This document shows positions 26,971 through 36,922 of a stretch of 55,028 bases of DNA, piece after piece. The first letter of the stretch is position 1. Every line of letters starts with the position of its first letter. The notes below the pieces were generated by a model. It was not told the origin of the DNA and ran no database searches. It saw nothing but the letters and a program-made list of their open reading frames with translations. The stretch comes from Anaerolineaceae bacterium (GTDB lineage: Bacteria; Chloroflexota; Anaerolineae; Anaerolineales; Anaerolineaceae): the NCBI GenBank assembly GCA_003446605.1, contig DMDF01000072.1, forward strand, positions 1 to 55,028, given 5' to 3'. Made by a program: the position numbers and the translations under genes.

Positions 26971-28463
26971 ACAAGAACTCACCTGATCACGATTTGATCG
27001 GTTTCGTGATATTTGGAGCAACAGGGGATCTTACCCGGCGCAAGCTACTCCCTGCGCTTTATCAGTTAGCCAAGGAGCAAAATCTACCCGATGGAATAAA
27101 GATCATCGGATTTGCAAGAAGACCGTGGAGCGATGATTTTCTGAAAGATACTTTAAAAAAAGGAATAGATGAATTTTCACGTCAAAAACCGGTCGACTCA
27201 CAAGTTGTTTCAAAGTTGTTAGAAAATGCAACCTATGTGCAGGGGGAATTTGAGAAACCGGAAGGGTTTAATAAACTGCGTACGCTGATCGAAGAAGAAA
27301 ACATCAAAAGGGTCATTTATTATCTGGCAACACCACCTACTGCATATATGGATATTCTTGATAACCTTCATATCTGTAGCTATCCTCAGATGATGCACGA
27401 AAATGGCTGGGCTCGTATAGTAGTTGAAAAACCGTATGGGCAGGATCTGGAAACAGCAAAATCGTTGGATGAAAAAATCCATACTTGTTTTAAAGAAGAA
27501 CAAATATTTCGTATCGATCATTATCTGGGAAAAGAAACGGTACAGAACATCCTCGTTTTCCGTTTCGCAAATGGAATTTTTGAACCTCTTTGGAACAATC
27601 ACTACATAGACCATGTCCAAATTACAGTTGCTGAAACAGTGGGGGTTGGAACTCGCGCAGGATATTTTGATGATTCAGGGATCATCCGGGATATGTTTGC
27701 CAATCATATGCTGCAGCTGTTATCGCTTACGGCTATGGAGGCGCCTTACGCCTTCAATGCCAGTTCGGTTCGCGATGAAAAGCTAAAAGTACTCAAAGCC
27801 CTTCGCCATTTAAAGGGGCAAAAAGCCCTGGACAATACCTATCGAGCTCAATATGGTAGTGGGATTGTGAATGGTAAAGATGTGAAAGCGTATCTCGATG
27901 AAGATCGCGTGAAAGATGCTTCCATCACCGAGACATATATGGTTGCCAAACTTTTTGTAGACAACTGGCGCTGGTCGGGAATCCCTTTTTACCTGCGTTG
28001 TGGCAAACAACTGCACAAACGAACTACTGAGATTGCCATTCAATTCAAACAGGTACCTTTACCTTTGTTTGATTGGCATAACATGGCTGGCGATGCACCG
28101 AATGTGCTTCGTTTACGGCTACAGCCAGATGAAGGAATCACCCTAACATTTGGGGCGAAAGTACCCGGACCGGTCAACGAAATCGCACCTGTAAACATGG
28201 AATTTTGTTATGAAGATACTTTTGGCAGCGAGCCTCCGGAGGCGTATGAAAGGCTACTGTTGGATTGCATGGTGGGAGATGCCACCTTATTTACCAGATC
28301 GGATGAAGCATTAGCGCAATGGGAATTTACATCAGATATCATGAATGCCTGGGAGAACGATCCCTTGAAAAAATTAGCAATGTATACGCCCGGATCATGG
28401 GGTCCGCAAGGAGCTGATGAATTCATGCAGCGTGATGGAAGGAAGTGGCTGAACCCGGAGTAA
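26967..28463 (+). CDS. zwf: Glucose-6-phosphate 1-dehydrogenase
   Basis: FVIFGATGDLTRRKLLPAL, and signature RIDHYLGKETVQNILVFRFANGIFEPLWN. Confidence 0.93.
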   Translation: MNKNSPDHDLIGFVIFGATGDLTRRKLLPALYQLAKEQNLPDGIKIIGFARRPWSDDFLKDTLKKGIDEFSRQKPVDSQVVSKLLENATYVQGEFEKPEGFNKLRTLIEEENIKRVIYYLATPPTAYMDILDNLHICSYPQMMHENGWARIVVEKPYGQDLETAKSLDEKIHTCFKEEQIFRIDHYLGKETVQNILVFRFANGIFEPLWNNHYIDHVQITVAETVGVGTRAGYFDDSGIIRDMFANHMLQLLSLTAMEAPYAFNASSVRDEKLKVLKALRHLKGQKALDNTYRAQYGSGIVNGKDVKAYLDEDRVKDASITETYMVAKLFVDNWRWSGIPFYLRCGKQLHKRTTEIAIQFKQVPLPLFDWHNMAGDAPNVLRLRLQPDEGITLTFGAKVPGPVNEIAPVNMEFCYEDTFGSEPPEAYERLLLDCMVGDATLFTRSDEALAQWEFTSDIMNAWENDPLKKLAMYTPGSWGPQGADEFMQRDGRKWLNPE

Positions 28464-28465
28464 GA

Positions 28466-29050
28466 TCAGAGTTTCTTTTTACAGTTCGGGCAAGTTTTTT
28501 CGTAGTTGATGATGATGAATCCACAATTTAGGCAAGATCTTGGTTGTAAGTTTCCCATGGGAGCTCCACAAGCCACACAGGTGGGAGAACCGCTAGGGTT
28601 AGCCGCATCGCAATAATCACACTTAATACGTTTTAATTTTTCAGATAACTCATACCCGCTACCAAGCGAACGCGCATTGGTTTCTAAAACCTTCCAGACT
28701 TCGTCGGTGAGCTGCAAGTATTCCACATCCTGCGCGATATCATCTAATCGGTTGAGAAGATTGGCAGGGTTGATGATGGTAGCTAATGCAGAATATCCGA
28801 GACTGGCAGCTATTCCTAACCAAGTTTGCTGACCGACCTGCACAGAAATTCCATCCTCGACCTTCCTGAAGTGGATTCCAAGGGCAGTATCTCCCCCTGA
28901 GGAGGGTTGAGTGCGTGTTTTTATTTGAATTCCTATACCATCTTCATATTCAACGCGCTGTACAAGCAAATTACCGCGATTGAAATGAATTTGCAGGCAT
29001 TCAGCTAAATCTTCAGAAGAAAACTGTCCGTGAAAAATTTTTTGTTCCAT
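28466..29050 (-). CDS. Hypothetical protein with C-terminal double zinc-ribbon
   Basis: The last about 60 residues hold four CxxC pairs (CDYC...CVAC...CLNC...CPNC). The N-terminal domain was not recognised. Confidence 0.5.
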   Translation of the reverse strand: MEQKIFHGQFSSEDLAECLQIHFNRGNLLVQRVEYEDGIGIQIKTRTQPSSGGDTALGIHFRKVEDGISVQVGQQTWLGIAASLGYSALATIINPANLLNRLDDIAQDVEYLQLTDEVWKVLETNARSLGSGYELSEKLKRIKCDYCDAANPSGSPTCVACGAPMGNLQPRSCLNCGFIIINYEKTCPNCKKKL

Positions 29051-29093
29051 TAGATTGCATTATAATCAAAAACATTATTAAGAAGAGAAAAAC

Positions 29094-29711
29094 ATGCACA
29101 AGAAGTCAATATTAATACTTTCACTCATTTTCGCGGTAGTGTTATTGGGTTTATTTACTAATACGGTAAATGCTGATTATCGTTTCCAGCAACCTACCAT
29201 CGCAATCCCGACGGTAACCGGAACTCCACGCAGAGCAACGGCTTTTGTTAGATTAGATCAAGTAGATCCTGTCAACGTACGTTCAGGTCCTGGTGTTTTC
29301 TATGATCAGGTTGGCGTATTATTGCCCGGTCAGGAGGTAACTGCCCTGGGAAAATCAGCCGGGGAAGATTGGGTTTTAGTGGAATATCCTGGTATCGCGG
29401 AGGGATCAGGCTGGGTGTATTCACCTCTGGTGGTCTTATCCGGTGAAGAATTGCCGATCATTGAACCACCATCCACACCCACACCGGCTGTAACAACTAC
29501 TATTGATGCAACATTGGCAGCACAGTTTATCACCACTCCGGTAGCAACGCGTCTACCAACTTACACAGCCGCGCCACCCCAAACTATTCCAACCTATACC
29601 GATGAAGTGACGTCAGGTATTTCCCAACATATCCCGATCGGGTTGATCATTCTGGTGATAGGTGGTTTGGGCGGATTGCTAGCTGTTATAGCTGTCTTTA
29701 CCGACCGATAA
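29094..29711 (+). CDS. SH3b-domain membrane protein (N-terminal signal/anchor, Thr/Pro linker, C-terminal TM)
   Basis: SH3b-like segment: VNVRSGPGVFYDQVGVLLPGQEVTALGKSAGEDWVLVEY. The C-terminal helix is IGLIILVIGGLGGLLAVIAVF. Confidence 0.6.
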   Translation: MHKKSILILSLIFAVVLLGLFTNTVNADYRFQQPTIAIPTVTGTPRRATAFVRLDQVDPVNVRSGPGVFYDQVGVLLPGQEVTALGKSAGEDWVLVEYPGIAEGSGWVYSPLVVLSGEELPIIEPPSTPTPAVTTTIDATLAAQFITTPVATRLPTYTAAPPQTIPTYTDEVTSGISQHIPIGLIILVIGGLGGLLAVIAVFTDR

Positions 29712-29901
29712 CATCTAACAAACATCGTTTATGAATTGGTCAGCTAAATTCATACGTGCGGTTCTTCATGTATCGCTATGGTCAGGATTTTAGTTTCTCC
29801 ATGAGAAAATAAAATGACATTTGTTGGCTTTCAATTACGAAATTGACTTAAGAAAAGAAAGAAAGCACTCCAAAGCTTAAAACTCCGTTAAAATCAATCC
29901 T

Positions 29902-30348
29902 ATGGATAAAAAGACCATCGCGACCAATCGCAAGGCAAAGTTCGAATACAACCTGCTGGAACATTATGAAGCAGGGATCGTTCTGTTGGGAACAGAGATC
30001 AAATCTATCCGTGCTCGGCAGGTTAGTATCGCTGAAGCATACGTTCAAACCGATGGTGATGAGGTATGGTTGATCAATGCCCATATTGCACCGTATGACC
30101 CTGCTAGCCGTATGAACCACGATCCAAAACGGAAAAGGAAATTACTTCTCCATAAAAAAGAAATTTTAAAATTATGGAACAGCGTCAGACAAAAAGGGCT
30201 AACCATTATACCGGTTGAAATATATTTAAAGAATGGGAAAGCGAAGATTGATATTGCAGTAGCCCGCGGGAAAAAGTTGTACGACAAACGCAGGGATATC
30301 GCTGATAGAGATATGAAAAGGGATCTTGAAAGAAGCAGGAAGATTTGA
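29902..30348 (+). CDS. smpB: SsrA-binding protein
   Basis: NRKAKFEYNLLEHYEAGIVLLGTEIKSIR...GWLINAHIAPY...KRKRKLLLHKKEI. Confidence 0.93.
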   Translation: MDKKTIATNRKAKFEYNLLEHYEAGIVLLGTEIKSIRARQVSIAEAYVQTDGDEVWLINAHIAPYDPASRMNHDPKRKRKLLLHKKEILKLWNSVRQKGLTIIPVEIYLKNGKAKIDIAVARGKKLYDKRRDIADRDMKRDLERSRKI

Positions 30349-30367
30349 TCCAGGAGAGGGAAAAACA

Positions 30368-31897
30368 ATGATTGAAATTACAGGACAAGACCTTTCGATA
30401 GAAGAGGTCATACAAGTTGCTTTTAATCACGAAAAAGTAAATCTCAGCAAACAAGCTGCCCAGCGGGTGCAAGCATCACAGGCTATTTTACAAAAGAATT
30501 TAAAAAAGGACTTTCCCTTGTATGGGATCAATACCGGATATGGTATTTTTCACAATCAGAAGATATCAACGGATCAGCTGTTGGCTCTAAATCGTAACCT
30601 GATCATAAGCCATGCCATTGCAGTTGGTGAACTCTTTGAAGAAACCACCGTTCGCTCAGCCATGCTTATTCGAGCCAACACACTGGCAAAGGGGTTCTCT
30701 GGCATCCGTGTGGATGTGATCCAAACGCTGTTGGATATGTTAAATGAAAATGTAACCCCACAAGTGCGGCAGCAAGGATCTATGGGATCGTCCGGTGATT
30801 TATGCCAGCTGGCACAGATGGCACTTGTATTGACCACCGATGATATTGATCTGGATGAACAGTCAGGAGCAGCCTGGTTTAAGGGAAAGCTGATGAGTGG
30901 TAAAGCTGCTATGCATGCAGCTAACATTCAACGGATCATTTTACAACCCAAAGAGGGTTTAGCGTTGATCAACGGTGCTACTTTCTCAGCAGCACTGGCG
31001 GTTATTTCCTGCTGGATGACCCGGAAATTATGCCTTATGGCAGATTCAAACCTGGCATTATCTCTGGAAGCATTAGCTGGTCGTCGAGAAGCGTTTGACC
31101 CACGACTGCATGAAGTTCGCGGAATGAATGGTCAGATCAGAACCGCTGCATATGTATGGGAAATGGTTAATGGCAGTCAGATGGTAAACAGCACCCATCA
31201 TGTACAAGATGGGTATGCTATTCGCTGTGCACCACAGGTGCATGGCGCAGTATGGGATACATTGGAACATGCTGAAAAAATCATCACCAAAGAGATCAAT
31301 GCTGCGACCGATAATCCCTTACTGTTTGAGAATGGAGATGTCATCTCCGGGGGTAATTTCCATGGCGAACCGATTGCATTCATTATGGATTTTCTTGGAA
31401 TTGCATTAGCTGAGCTAGGAGCAATATCCGAGCGCCGCATTTTTCGATTGCTTGATTCTAATCTGAATAATGGATTGCCGCTGATGTTGATTGCTGATAA
31501 ACAAGAAGCAGGGATAGAATCAGGGTTGATGATTCCGCAATATGCGGCTGCCTCGCTTGTGATGGAAAACCAGCATCTTGCCAATTCTGATGCAGTGTAT
31601 TCAATTCCCACCTCTGCCAATCAAGAGGATCACAATTCCAATTCACTTAATGCAGCTCGCCACGCAATCGCAATATCAGAAAACGTCTTGCATATTCTAA
31701 CCATCGAGATGTACACCGTCGTTCATGCGTTGGATATCCGAATGCAATATGAACCACTACACAAAATGGCTGAGGGCACTCATGAGATTTACAAAGAGAT
31801 CCGAGCGGTGGTACCTTTTAAAGAGCATGAGACATTGTGGGGTGATGAAATTAATACATTGTTAGAAAGTTTGCAGGGGAATTTATTTAAAGTATAA
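30368..31897 (+). CDS. hutH: Histidine ammonia-lyase-like MIO enzyme
   Basis: YGINTGYG, the Ser-His pair in LIISHAIAVG (HAL-type), the MIO region GSMGSSGDL, and NQEDHNS. ATG 30368 is preferred over the TTG at 30326, which overlaps smpB. Confidence 0.8.
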   Translation: MIEITGQDLSIEEVIQVAFNHEKVNLSKQAAQRVQASQAILQKNLKKDFPLYGINTGYGIFHNQKISTDQLLALNRNLIISHAIAVGELFEETTVRSAMLIRANTLAKGFSGIRVDVIQTLLDMLNENVTPQVRQQGSMGSSGDLCQLAQMALVLTTDDIDLDEQSGAAWFKGKLMSGKAAMHAANIQRIILQPKEGLALINGATFSAALAVISCWMTRKLCLMADSNLALSLEALAGRREAFDPRLHEVRGMNGQIRTAAYVWEMVNGSQMVNSTHHVQDGYAIRCAPQVHGAVWDTLEHAEKIITKEINAATDNPLLFENGDVISGGNFHGEPIAFIMDFLGIALAELGAISERRIFRLLDSNLNNGLPLMLIADKQEAGIESGLMIPQYAAASLVMENQHLANSDAVYSIPTSANQEDHNSNSLNAARHAIAISENVLHILTIEMYTVVHALDIRMQYEPLHKMAEGTHEIYKEIRAVVPFKEHETLWGDEINTLLESLQGNLFKV

Positions 31898-31943
31898 AAA
31901 AGAGAGTTTGACTTTTTAATTGTAGATTGGTAAGCTTTACGAG

Positions 31944-33092
31944 ATGACGATAAATAACAAGAATATTTCACGAAGAGATTTTTTAAAGAAATCCATGGCA
32001 GGGGTAGGTGGTCTAGCATTATTGGCTAATCGCCTTAATACTCGATTGTTTGACGACTTCGATTATTTGCAAGATTTTCCGGATAGTGAATATTTTGCTC
32101 GCAATATGGTGTATTTACCCAATACGCTGCCAATCCGTTCGAAACCTTCAGCAGATGCCAGCGCAGTACGTTTAATGGGCGTGGATGAATGTCTGGCATG
32201 GAACAGAGTAGTGGTTGGTGAAGCTCCCCTTGGTAGAAACAGCAATAATCGCTGGGTTGAAACACCCGAAGGATACGTTTATCTTCCAAGTGTTCAAAAA
32301 GTACGTAATTTACCCAACAGCCAACCGGTTTCTCAAATTCCGGAGACGACGAGTGGACCTGGCATGTGGGCTGAAGTCACAGTTCCTTACGTCAAGATGA
32401 CACTTGAGAATCCACCAGCTCGCGCCCCCTGGTTGAATGATGTAACCTCAGATCTATGGCGTATGTATTATAGCCAGGTGGTTTGGATTGACCAGATGAG
32501 TGTGGACGCGGATGGGATTGTCTATTATCGCGTGAATGAAGATTATGGACATGGGTATGGGTATGGAGATATCTTCTGGGCAGAAGCATCCGCTTTTAGA
32601 CCCATCACCGAGGAAGAAATAGCGCCCATCCATCCGGATATAACTGACAAAAATATTGTGGTAAACGTAAATCAACAGACCCTTTCGTGTTACGAGGGTT
32701 CAAATGAGGTTTATTTCTGTCAGGTTTCCACCGGTCAGAAATTTGATCAATATGGTTTGCGTGTGGATGAATGGGCTACTCCTGTTGGCAGTCATTGGAT
32801 TTGGCGTAAAACCATTTCTCTCCATATGAGTGGCGGTGGAACTGGCGCGGGATGGGACACCATGGCAATCCCATGGACATCCTTATTCGCGGGAACCGGG
32901 GTTGCCATTCATGCGACCTTCTGGCATAACGATTTCGGCACAGCCCGTTCCCATGGTTGTGTGAATGCCAGCCCTGAAGATGCCAAGTGGGTTTTTCGTT
33001 GGACAACACCATACGTTGGATTAGATCCCGGAGATCTTACGCCAACTGATTACAGTGGTACGGTGGTAAATGTCGTTGAACCCTTATATTAA
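31944..33092 (+). CDS. L,D-transpeptidase (YkuD-domain) protein with Tat-type signal
   Basis: N-terminal twin-arginine motif: SRRDFLKKSMAGVGGLALLA. The catalytic region is IHATFWHNDFGTARSHGCVNASPEDAKWVF. Confidence 0.8.
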   Translation: MTINNKNISRRDFLKKSMAGVGGLALLANRLNTRLFDDFDYLQDFPDSEYFARNMVYLPNTLPIRSKPSADASAVRLMGVDECLAWNRVVVGEAPLGRNSNNRWVETPEGYVYLPSVQKVRNLPNSQPVSQIPETTSGPGMWAEVTVPYVKMTLENPPARAPWLNDVTSDLWRMYYSQVVWIDQMSVDADGIVYYRVNEDYGHGYGYGDIFWAEASAFRPITEEEIAPIHPDITDKNIVVNVNQQTLSCYEGSNEVYFCQVSTGQKFDQYGLRVDEWATPVGSHWIWRKTISLHMSGGGTGAGWDTMAIPWTSLFAGTGVAIHATFWHNDFGTARSHGCVNASPEDAKWVFRWTTPYVGLDPGDLTPTDYSGTVVNVVEPLY

Positions 33093-33115
33093 CAAATTCA
33101 TCGAGATGTAATTCC

Positions 33116-33769
33116 ATGAACGGCTCATGGTGCTGGATTTATCGTAACTATGTACTGATTTCATGTTTGTTGATTCTGCTATATCTGCTAGGTGCTTTTC
33201 TTGCTCCAGTTTTCCAGTATTTCGATATAGATATACCAGCTAAACTAACCTATGCCTTTTACAGTACTACCTGTCACCAATTTGCATTTCGATCTTGGTT
33301 CCTTTTTGGCGATCAAACTTTCTATCCACTGGAGAAGGCAGGTTTGCCAATGGTCAGTTCTTACGAAGAGGTATCGGGCAATTCTACAATAAATATTGAG
33401 GTTGCCAGACAATTCATCGGTGATGAGACTATAGGATATAAGGTTGCTCTTTGCCAGCGCGATGTTGCAATTTTTGTAGGGCTCTTTATATTGGCTGTAG
33501 GATTCGAATTGAGCAAGAGAAAGTGGCAGCCTATTCCAGTAATTTTATGGATAGTGTTGGGGGTTTTCCCCATCTTGTTGGATGGGATCAGTCAATTCGG
33601 AGGTAGTACTTTCCCAATATTCAATTTTTTCCCGGGACGTGAAAGCAATCCTGCCATGCGCACTCTTACCGGATTATTCTTCGGAGTTACAACTGGCTTA
33701 TACTTATTTCCGAAATTGGAAATCATGATGAAGATCGTTAAAAACAACCACCGCTGTGAGGAAAGCTAA
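33116..33769 (+). CDS. DUF2085-like polytopic membrane protein
   Basis: It has multiple TM helices and the CHQ.AFRSW and LCQRD motifs typical of DUF2085. Confidence 0.55.
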   Translation: MNGSWCWIYRNYVLISCLLILLYLLGAFLAPVFQYFDIDIPAKLTYAFYSTTCHQFAFRSWFLFGDQTFYPLEKAGLPMVSSYEEVSGNSTINIEVARQFIGDETIGYKVALCQRDVAIFVGLFILAVGFELSKRKWQPIPVILWIVLGVFPILLDGISQFGGSTFPIFNFFPGRESNPAMRTLTGLFFGVTTGLYLFPKLEIMMKIVKNNHRCEES

Positions 33770-34564
33770 ATGCCATTTCATGAACAGGGCGAATTACGTT
33801 ATTTTACGCTTTCAACCTTCGACAGACAAGGCGTGAAGCACGGTTTTTTTACACGTAAGGGAGGCATCAGCCCCCAACCATGGGATTCTTTAAATGTTGC
33901 CACTTCTGTTGGTGATAGCCGAGAAAATGTGATCGAAAATCGTAATCGCATCATGGCATTATTTGGAAAACGCTATGATTCCATTTTTGATACGTGGCAA
34001 ATCCACAGTGATATTGTCTACTACTCTGAAACCGCCAGACCGATCCTTGAACCTCATCAAAAAGGGGATGCGGTGATGACATCCAATCCTGATGTAGCGT
34101 TGATGATGGTGTTTGCTGATTGTGTGCCGCTCCTTTTTTATGATACACAGAAAAAAATCATTGCCGTTGCACATGCGGGTTGGCAGGGCACGGTGCAACA
34201 TATTGCCAGTAAGACCATTCATAAAATGAAGAAGGTGTATGGTTCTCAAACAAGTAACATCATCACCGGTATTGGTCCTTCAATAGGTGCAGATCATTAT
34301 GAAATAGGGGAGGATATCGTAAAACAGGTAGCAAACAGTTTTAGTTTTGATGGAAACGAGGATAAGGTACTGATAAAAAGAGATGACAAGATTTATTTTG
34401 ATATGTGGCAAGCTAACAAGCTATTATTGGAAAAAGAACATGTGGCATCGATCGAAATTGCCGGTTTGTGCACAGCTTGTGATACTTCAAATTGGTATTC
34501 TCACCGCGCTGAAAACGGCACCACCGGTCGTTTCGCCGCAGTATTGACGGTTGAACATGAATGA
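33770..34564 (+). CDS. pgeF: Peptidoglycan editing factor PgeF / YfiH (DUF152, laccase-domain) protein
   Basis: GDAVMT...FADCVPLLFYD...AHAGWQGT...CTACD...YSHR. Confidence 0.85.
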   Translation: MPFHEQGELRYFTLSTFDRQGVKHGFFTRKGGISPQPWDSLNVATSVGDSRENVIENRNRIMALFGKRYDSIFDTWQIHSDIVYYSETARPILEPHQKGDAVMTSNPDVALMMVFADCVPLLFYDTQKKIIAVAHAGWQGTVQHIASKTIHKMKKVYGSQTSNIITGIGPSIGADHYEIGEDIVKQVANSFSFDGNEDKVLIKRDDKIYFDMWQANKLLLEKEHVASIEIAGLCTACDTSNWYSHRAENGTTGRFAAVLTVEHE

Positions 34565-34823
34565 ACTGCATCTGACCTTTAAAGTGATTCCTAACGCCCC
34601 CAAGACTGAAGTAGTAGGGCGGATGGATAATGGCGTTATTAAAATTAAAATAAGTGCTCCACCTGAAAAAGGGAAAGCAAACCAGGAGTTATTGAAATTT
34701 CTGGAGAGAACATTTAACGTAACCAAAGGGGAAGTGTCAATTACTTCTGGAGAAACATCCCGATTGAAGAATGTGCGCGTGACAGGTACACACAGAGATA
34801 TCTCCTCTTTAATAAAAAAGTGA
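34551..34823 (+). CDS. DUF167 (YggU-like) protein
   Basis: 90 aa: KVIPNAPKTEVVG...IKIKISAPPEKGKANQELLKFLERTFNVTKGEVSITSGETSRLKNVRV. It overlaps pgeF by 14 nt. Confidence 0.8.
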   Translation: MNMNELHLTFKVIPNAPKTEVVGRMDNGVIKIKISAPPEKGKANQELLKFLERTFNVTKGEVSITSGETSRLKNVRVTGTHRDISSLIKK

Positions 34824-34830
34824 GGGATCG

Positions 34831-35529
34831 TTATTTGATGTGAAGGATCCTTCCACAGGTGGGGCAATGAAAAAGGACGTTAGTGAGACGTACTTCCTGC
34901 CGTTCACTGGGAGTAAGTTGGGTACCGCAAGCTGCACAGGCATCATTTTCAAGCAACACAATAACCAGACCGTTTTTCCGAGATTGCAGCGTTTCATAAT
35001 GTTTGAGCAGATCAGGGCTGATCGATTGCAGCACTACTTCTCTTTTCTTTTTTAACATGGCTTCATCTGAAGTTAAAACGTTCCTACGGGCTGCAAGTTG
35101 TGATTTCGATGTCTCAAATTGTGATGAGATGGAATTAAGAGTGGAATTGGCTTGTTCCACCTGACTTTGTGCTTCTTCCAGGCGAATCATCTGATCCAAT
35201 TGTTTATCTTCCAGTTTCGCGATGATCTTCTTGAGTGATTGGATCTCTAATTGCAGGTCTTGCAATTCTTTCGGGTTTTGAACCTTACCACTGTATAGCA
35301 TTGCATCGCTTTGTGAAAGTTTTATTTTTTTCTGATCGATCTCTTCGATGATCTGTCTCAGAGTTCTTTGTTCAGATTCTTCAACCTTTTGCGATTCTTC
35401 AAGGCATTTCGTTGCAGAAAGTACCTGCTGGTTTTGTTTTAACTTCTTTTCGATACTCGCTATCTCAACAGTGATGGAGTTAAGCTGGGTATCAATGAGT
35501 TGCAGTTCGTACAGATTGGTTAGGTTCAT
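34831..35529 (-). CDS. Coiled-coil protein with C-terminal C4 zinc ribbon (COG1579-like)
   Basis: It has long heptad-rich coiled coils, then CAACGTQL...CPTCGRIL at the C-terminus. Confidence 0.7.
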   Translation of the reverse strand: MNLTNLYELQLIDTQLNSITVEIASIEKKLKQNQQVLSATKCLEESQKVEESEQRTLRQIIEEIDQKKIKLSQSDAMLYSGKVQNPKELQDLQLEIQSLKKIIAKLEDKQLDQMIRLEEAQSQVEQANSTLNSISSQFETSKSQLAARRNVLTSDEAMLKKKREVVLQSISPDLLKHYETLQSRKNGLVIVLLENDACAACGTQLTPSERQEVRLTNVLFHCPTCGRILHIK

Positions 35530-35617
35530 TGCATCATTCTGGTGATGGAATGTTATATATTATTTTAATATTTCCATCATTCTTTGTGCAATATGATAAC
35601 ACGTACAGCGTTTTTCA

Positions 35618-35646
35618 TTGTAAAAATAGATGGGCAATCTTATAAT
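35618..35646 (+). promoter_or_regulatory. Near-consensus sigma-70 promoter (TTGTAA-17 nt-TATAAT)
   Basis: -35 is TTGTAA at 35618-35623. The spacer is 17 nt. -10 is TATAAT at 35641-35646. AGGAGG at 35664-35669 precedes the ATG at 35678. Confidence 0.65.
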
Positions 35647-35677
35647 CAAGTTAAGAAAAGAGTAGGAGGAACAAACC

Positions 35678-36397
35678 ATGAGTTCGGCGGTTTCATCAAA
35701 CACAAAGATCCTCGTTATTGAAGATGAAGAAAGAATGGCGCGCTTCATCAGATTAAATCTGGAACAGGATGGATTTCAAGTAAGTGAAGCTTTGAATGGA
35801 AGAGAAGGATTGGATAAACTGCGCACCTTTATGCCTGACCTGGTATTGTTGGATGTTATGCTTCCTGATCTGGATGGATTTGAACTATTGAAAATGATCC
35901 GTGAGATCGATAATGTTCCCGTTATTATGCTTACCGCCAAAGGAGAAGAGGAAGACAAAGTTCGTGGGTTGGAGCTAGGTGCGGATGATTATGTTACCAA
36001 GCCTTTCAGCCCGCGTGAATTGGTCAGTCGGGTCAAAGCAGTTCTAAGAAGAATAGAATCATCAAGTGTCAGCTCTGATGATGTCATCCAGGTGGATGAC
36101 CGCTTGAAGATCGATTTCAACCGGCGTGAGATTTGGGTTGAGGGAAAATTGGTAAAATTACGCCCTACTGAATATCGCCTGTTGTATCATCTTGTACAGA
36201 ATGCGGGCTGGGTGCTTACATACGATCAAATTCTATCTAGGGTGTGGGGGTATGAATACCGTGATGAGCCACATTATGTTCGGCTCTACATTAATTACCT
36301 GCGGCAAAAATTGGAAAAAGATCCATCTGATCCTAAATACATCCTTACAGAACGTGGCGTGGGTTATCGATTCTATGATTATCGCCGCAGTACATAA
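35678..36397 (+). CDS. OmpR/PhoB-family response regulator (no adjacent kinase)
   Basis: Receiver: ILVIEDEERM...DLVLLDVMLPDLDGF...TAKGEE...KPF. Winged helix: LRPTEYRLLYHL...YVRLYINYLRQKLE...ILTERGVGYRF. Confidence 0.9.
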   Translation: MSSAVSSNTKILVIEDEERMARFIRLNLEQDGFQVSEALNGREGLDKLRTFMPDLVLLDVMLPDLDGFELLKMIREIDNVPVIMLTAKGEEEDKVRGLELGADDYVTKPFSPRELVSRVKAVLRRIESSSVSSDDVIQVDDRLKIDFNRREIWVEGKLVKLRPTEYRLLYHLVQNAGWVLTYDQILSRVWGYEYRDEPHYVRLYINYLRQKLEKDPSDPKYILTERGVGYRFYDYRRST

Positions 36398-36481
36398 CAG
36401 ATATTTAATACATTTCCTATATGGCGTTTGTATATTTTTTATGCAAGCGCTGTATTATTTAAAACGATAAAGGAGGTCGAA

Positions 36482-36922
36482 ATGACGAAAATAACAAGAA
36501 GTGATCCATTTTTGGATATCGTGAGTGCAAGAGATACGATGGATAGAATGTTGGATAACTATCTCGGTCATTCTGCCTTATCCTTTGAAGGATATGGGAT
36601 TCTCGATCTGGATATGTACCAGACGAATGACGAAGTAGTGATCGAAGCGTCTATTCCAGGTGTGAAACCCGACGATATCAACATTTCTGTGGCTGGTGAA
36701 GTACTCACCATTAAGGGAGAAATAAAACAGGAGAAAGAGAGCGAAAATGTGGATTACCACATTAAAGAACGACGGTTTGGAAGCTTCAGCCGTTCCATCT
36801 CTTTACCTGTTCAGGTTGTCGCTGAAAAAGCCAATGCAGAGTTCAAAAACGGTATTCTCAAATTGACTCTACCAAAGGCGGAAGAAATAAAGCCCAAAAC
36901 CATCACGGTAAAGGCAAAGTAA
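36482..36922 (+). CDS. Small heat-shock protein (Hsp20/alpha-crystallin family)
   Basis: AAGGAGG lies 6 nt before ATG 36482. ACD motifs: DMYQTNDEVVIEASIPGVKPDDINISV...GEVLTIKGE...FSRSISLP...A.FKNGILKLTLPK. Confidence 0.9.
   Translation: MTKITRSDPFLDIVSARDTMDRMLDNYLGHSALSFEGYGILDLDMYQTNDEVVIEASIPGVKPDDINISVAGEVLTIKGEIKQEKESENVDYHIKERRFGSFSRSISLPVQVVAEKANAEFKNGILKLTLPKAEEIKPKTITVKAK

Noticed and set aside
29712-29901. A possible tmRNA (ssrA) next to smpB.
   Set aside because: The intergenic gap is only about 190 nt. It contains neither a tRNA-Ala-like acceptor/T-arm (GGTTCGA-type) nor a tag reading frame. tmRNA needs about 350 nt.
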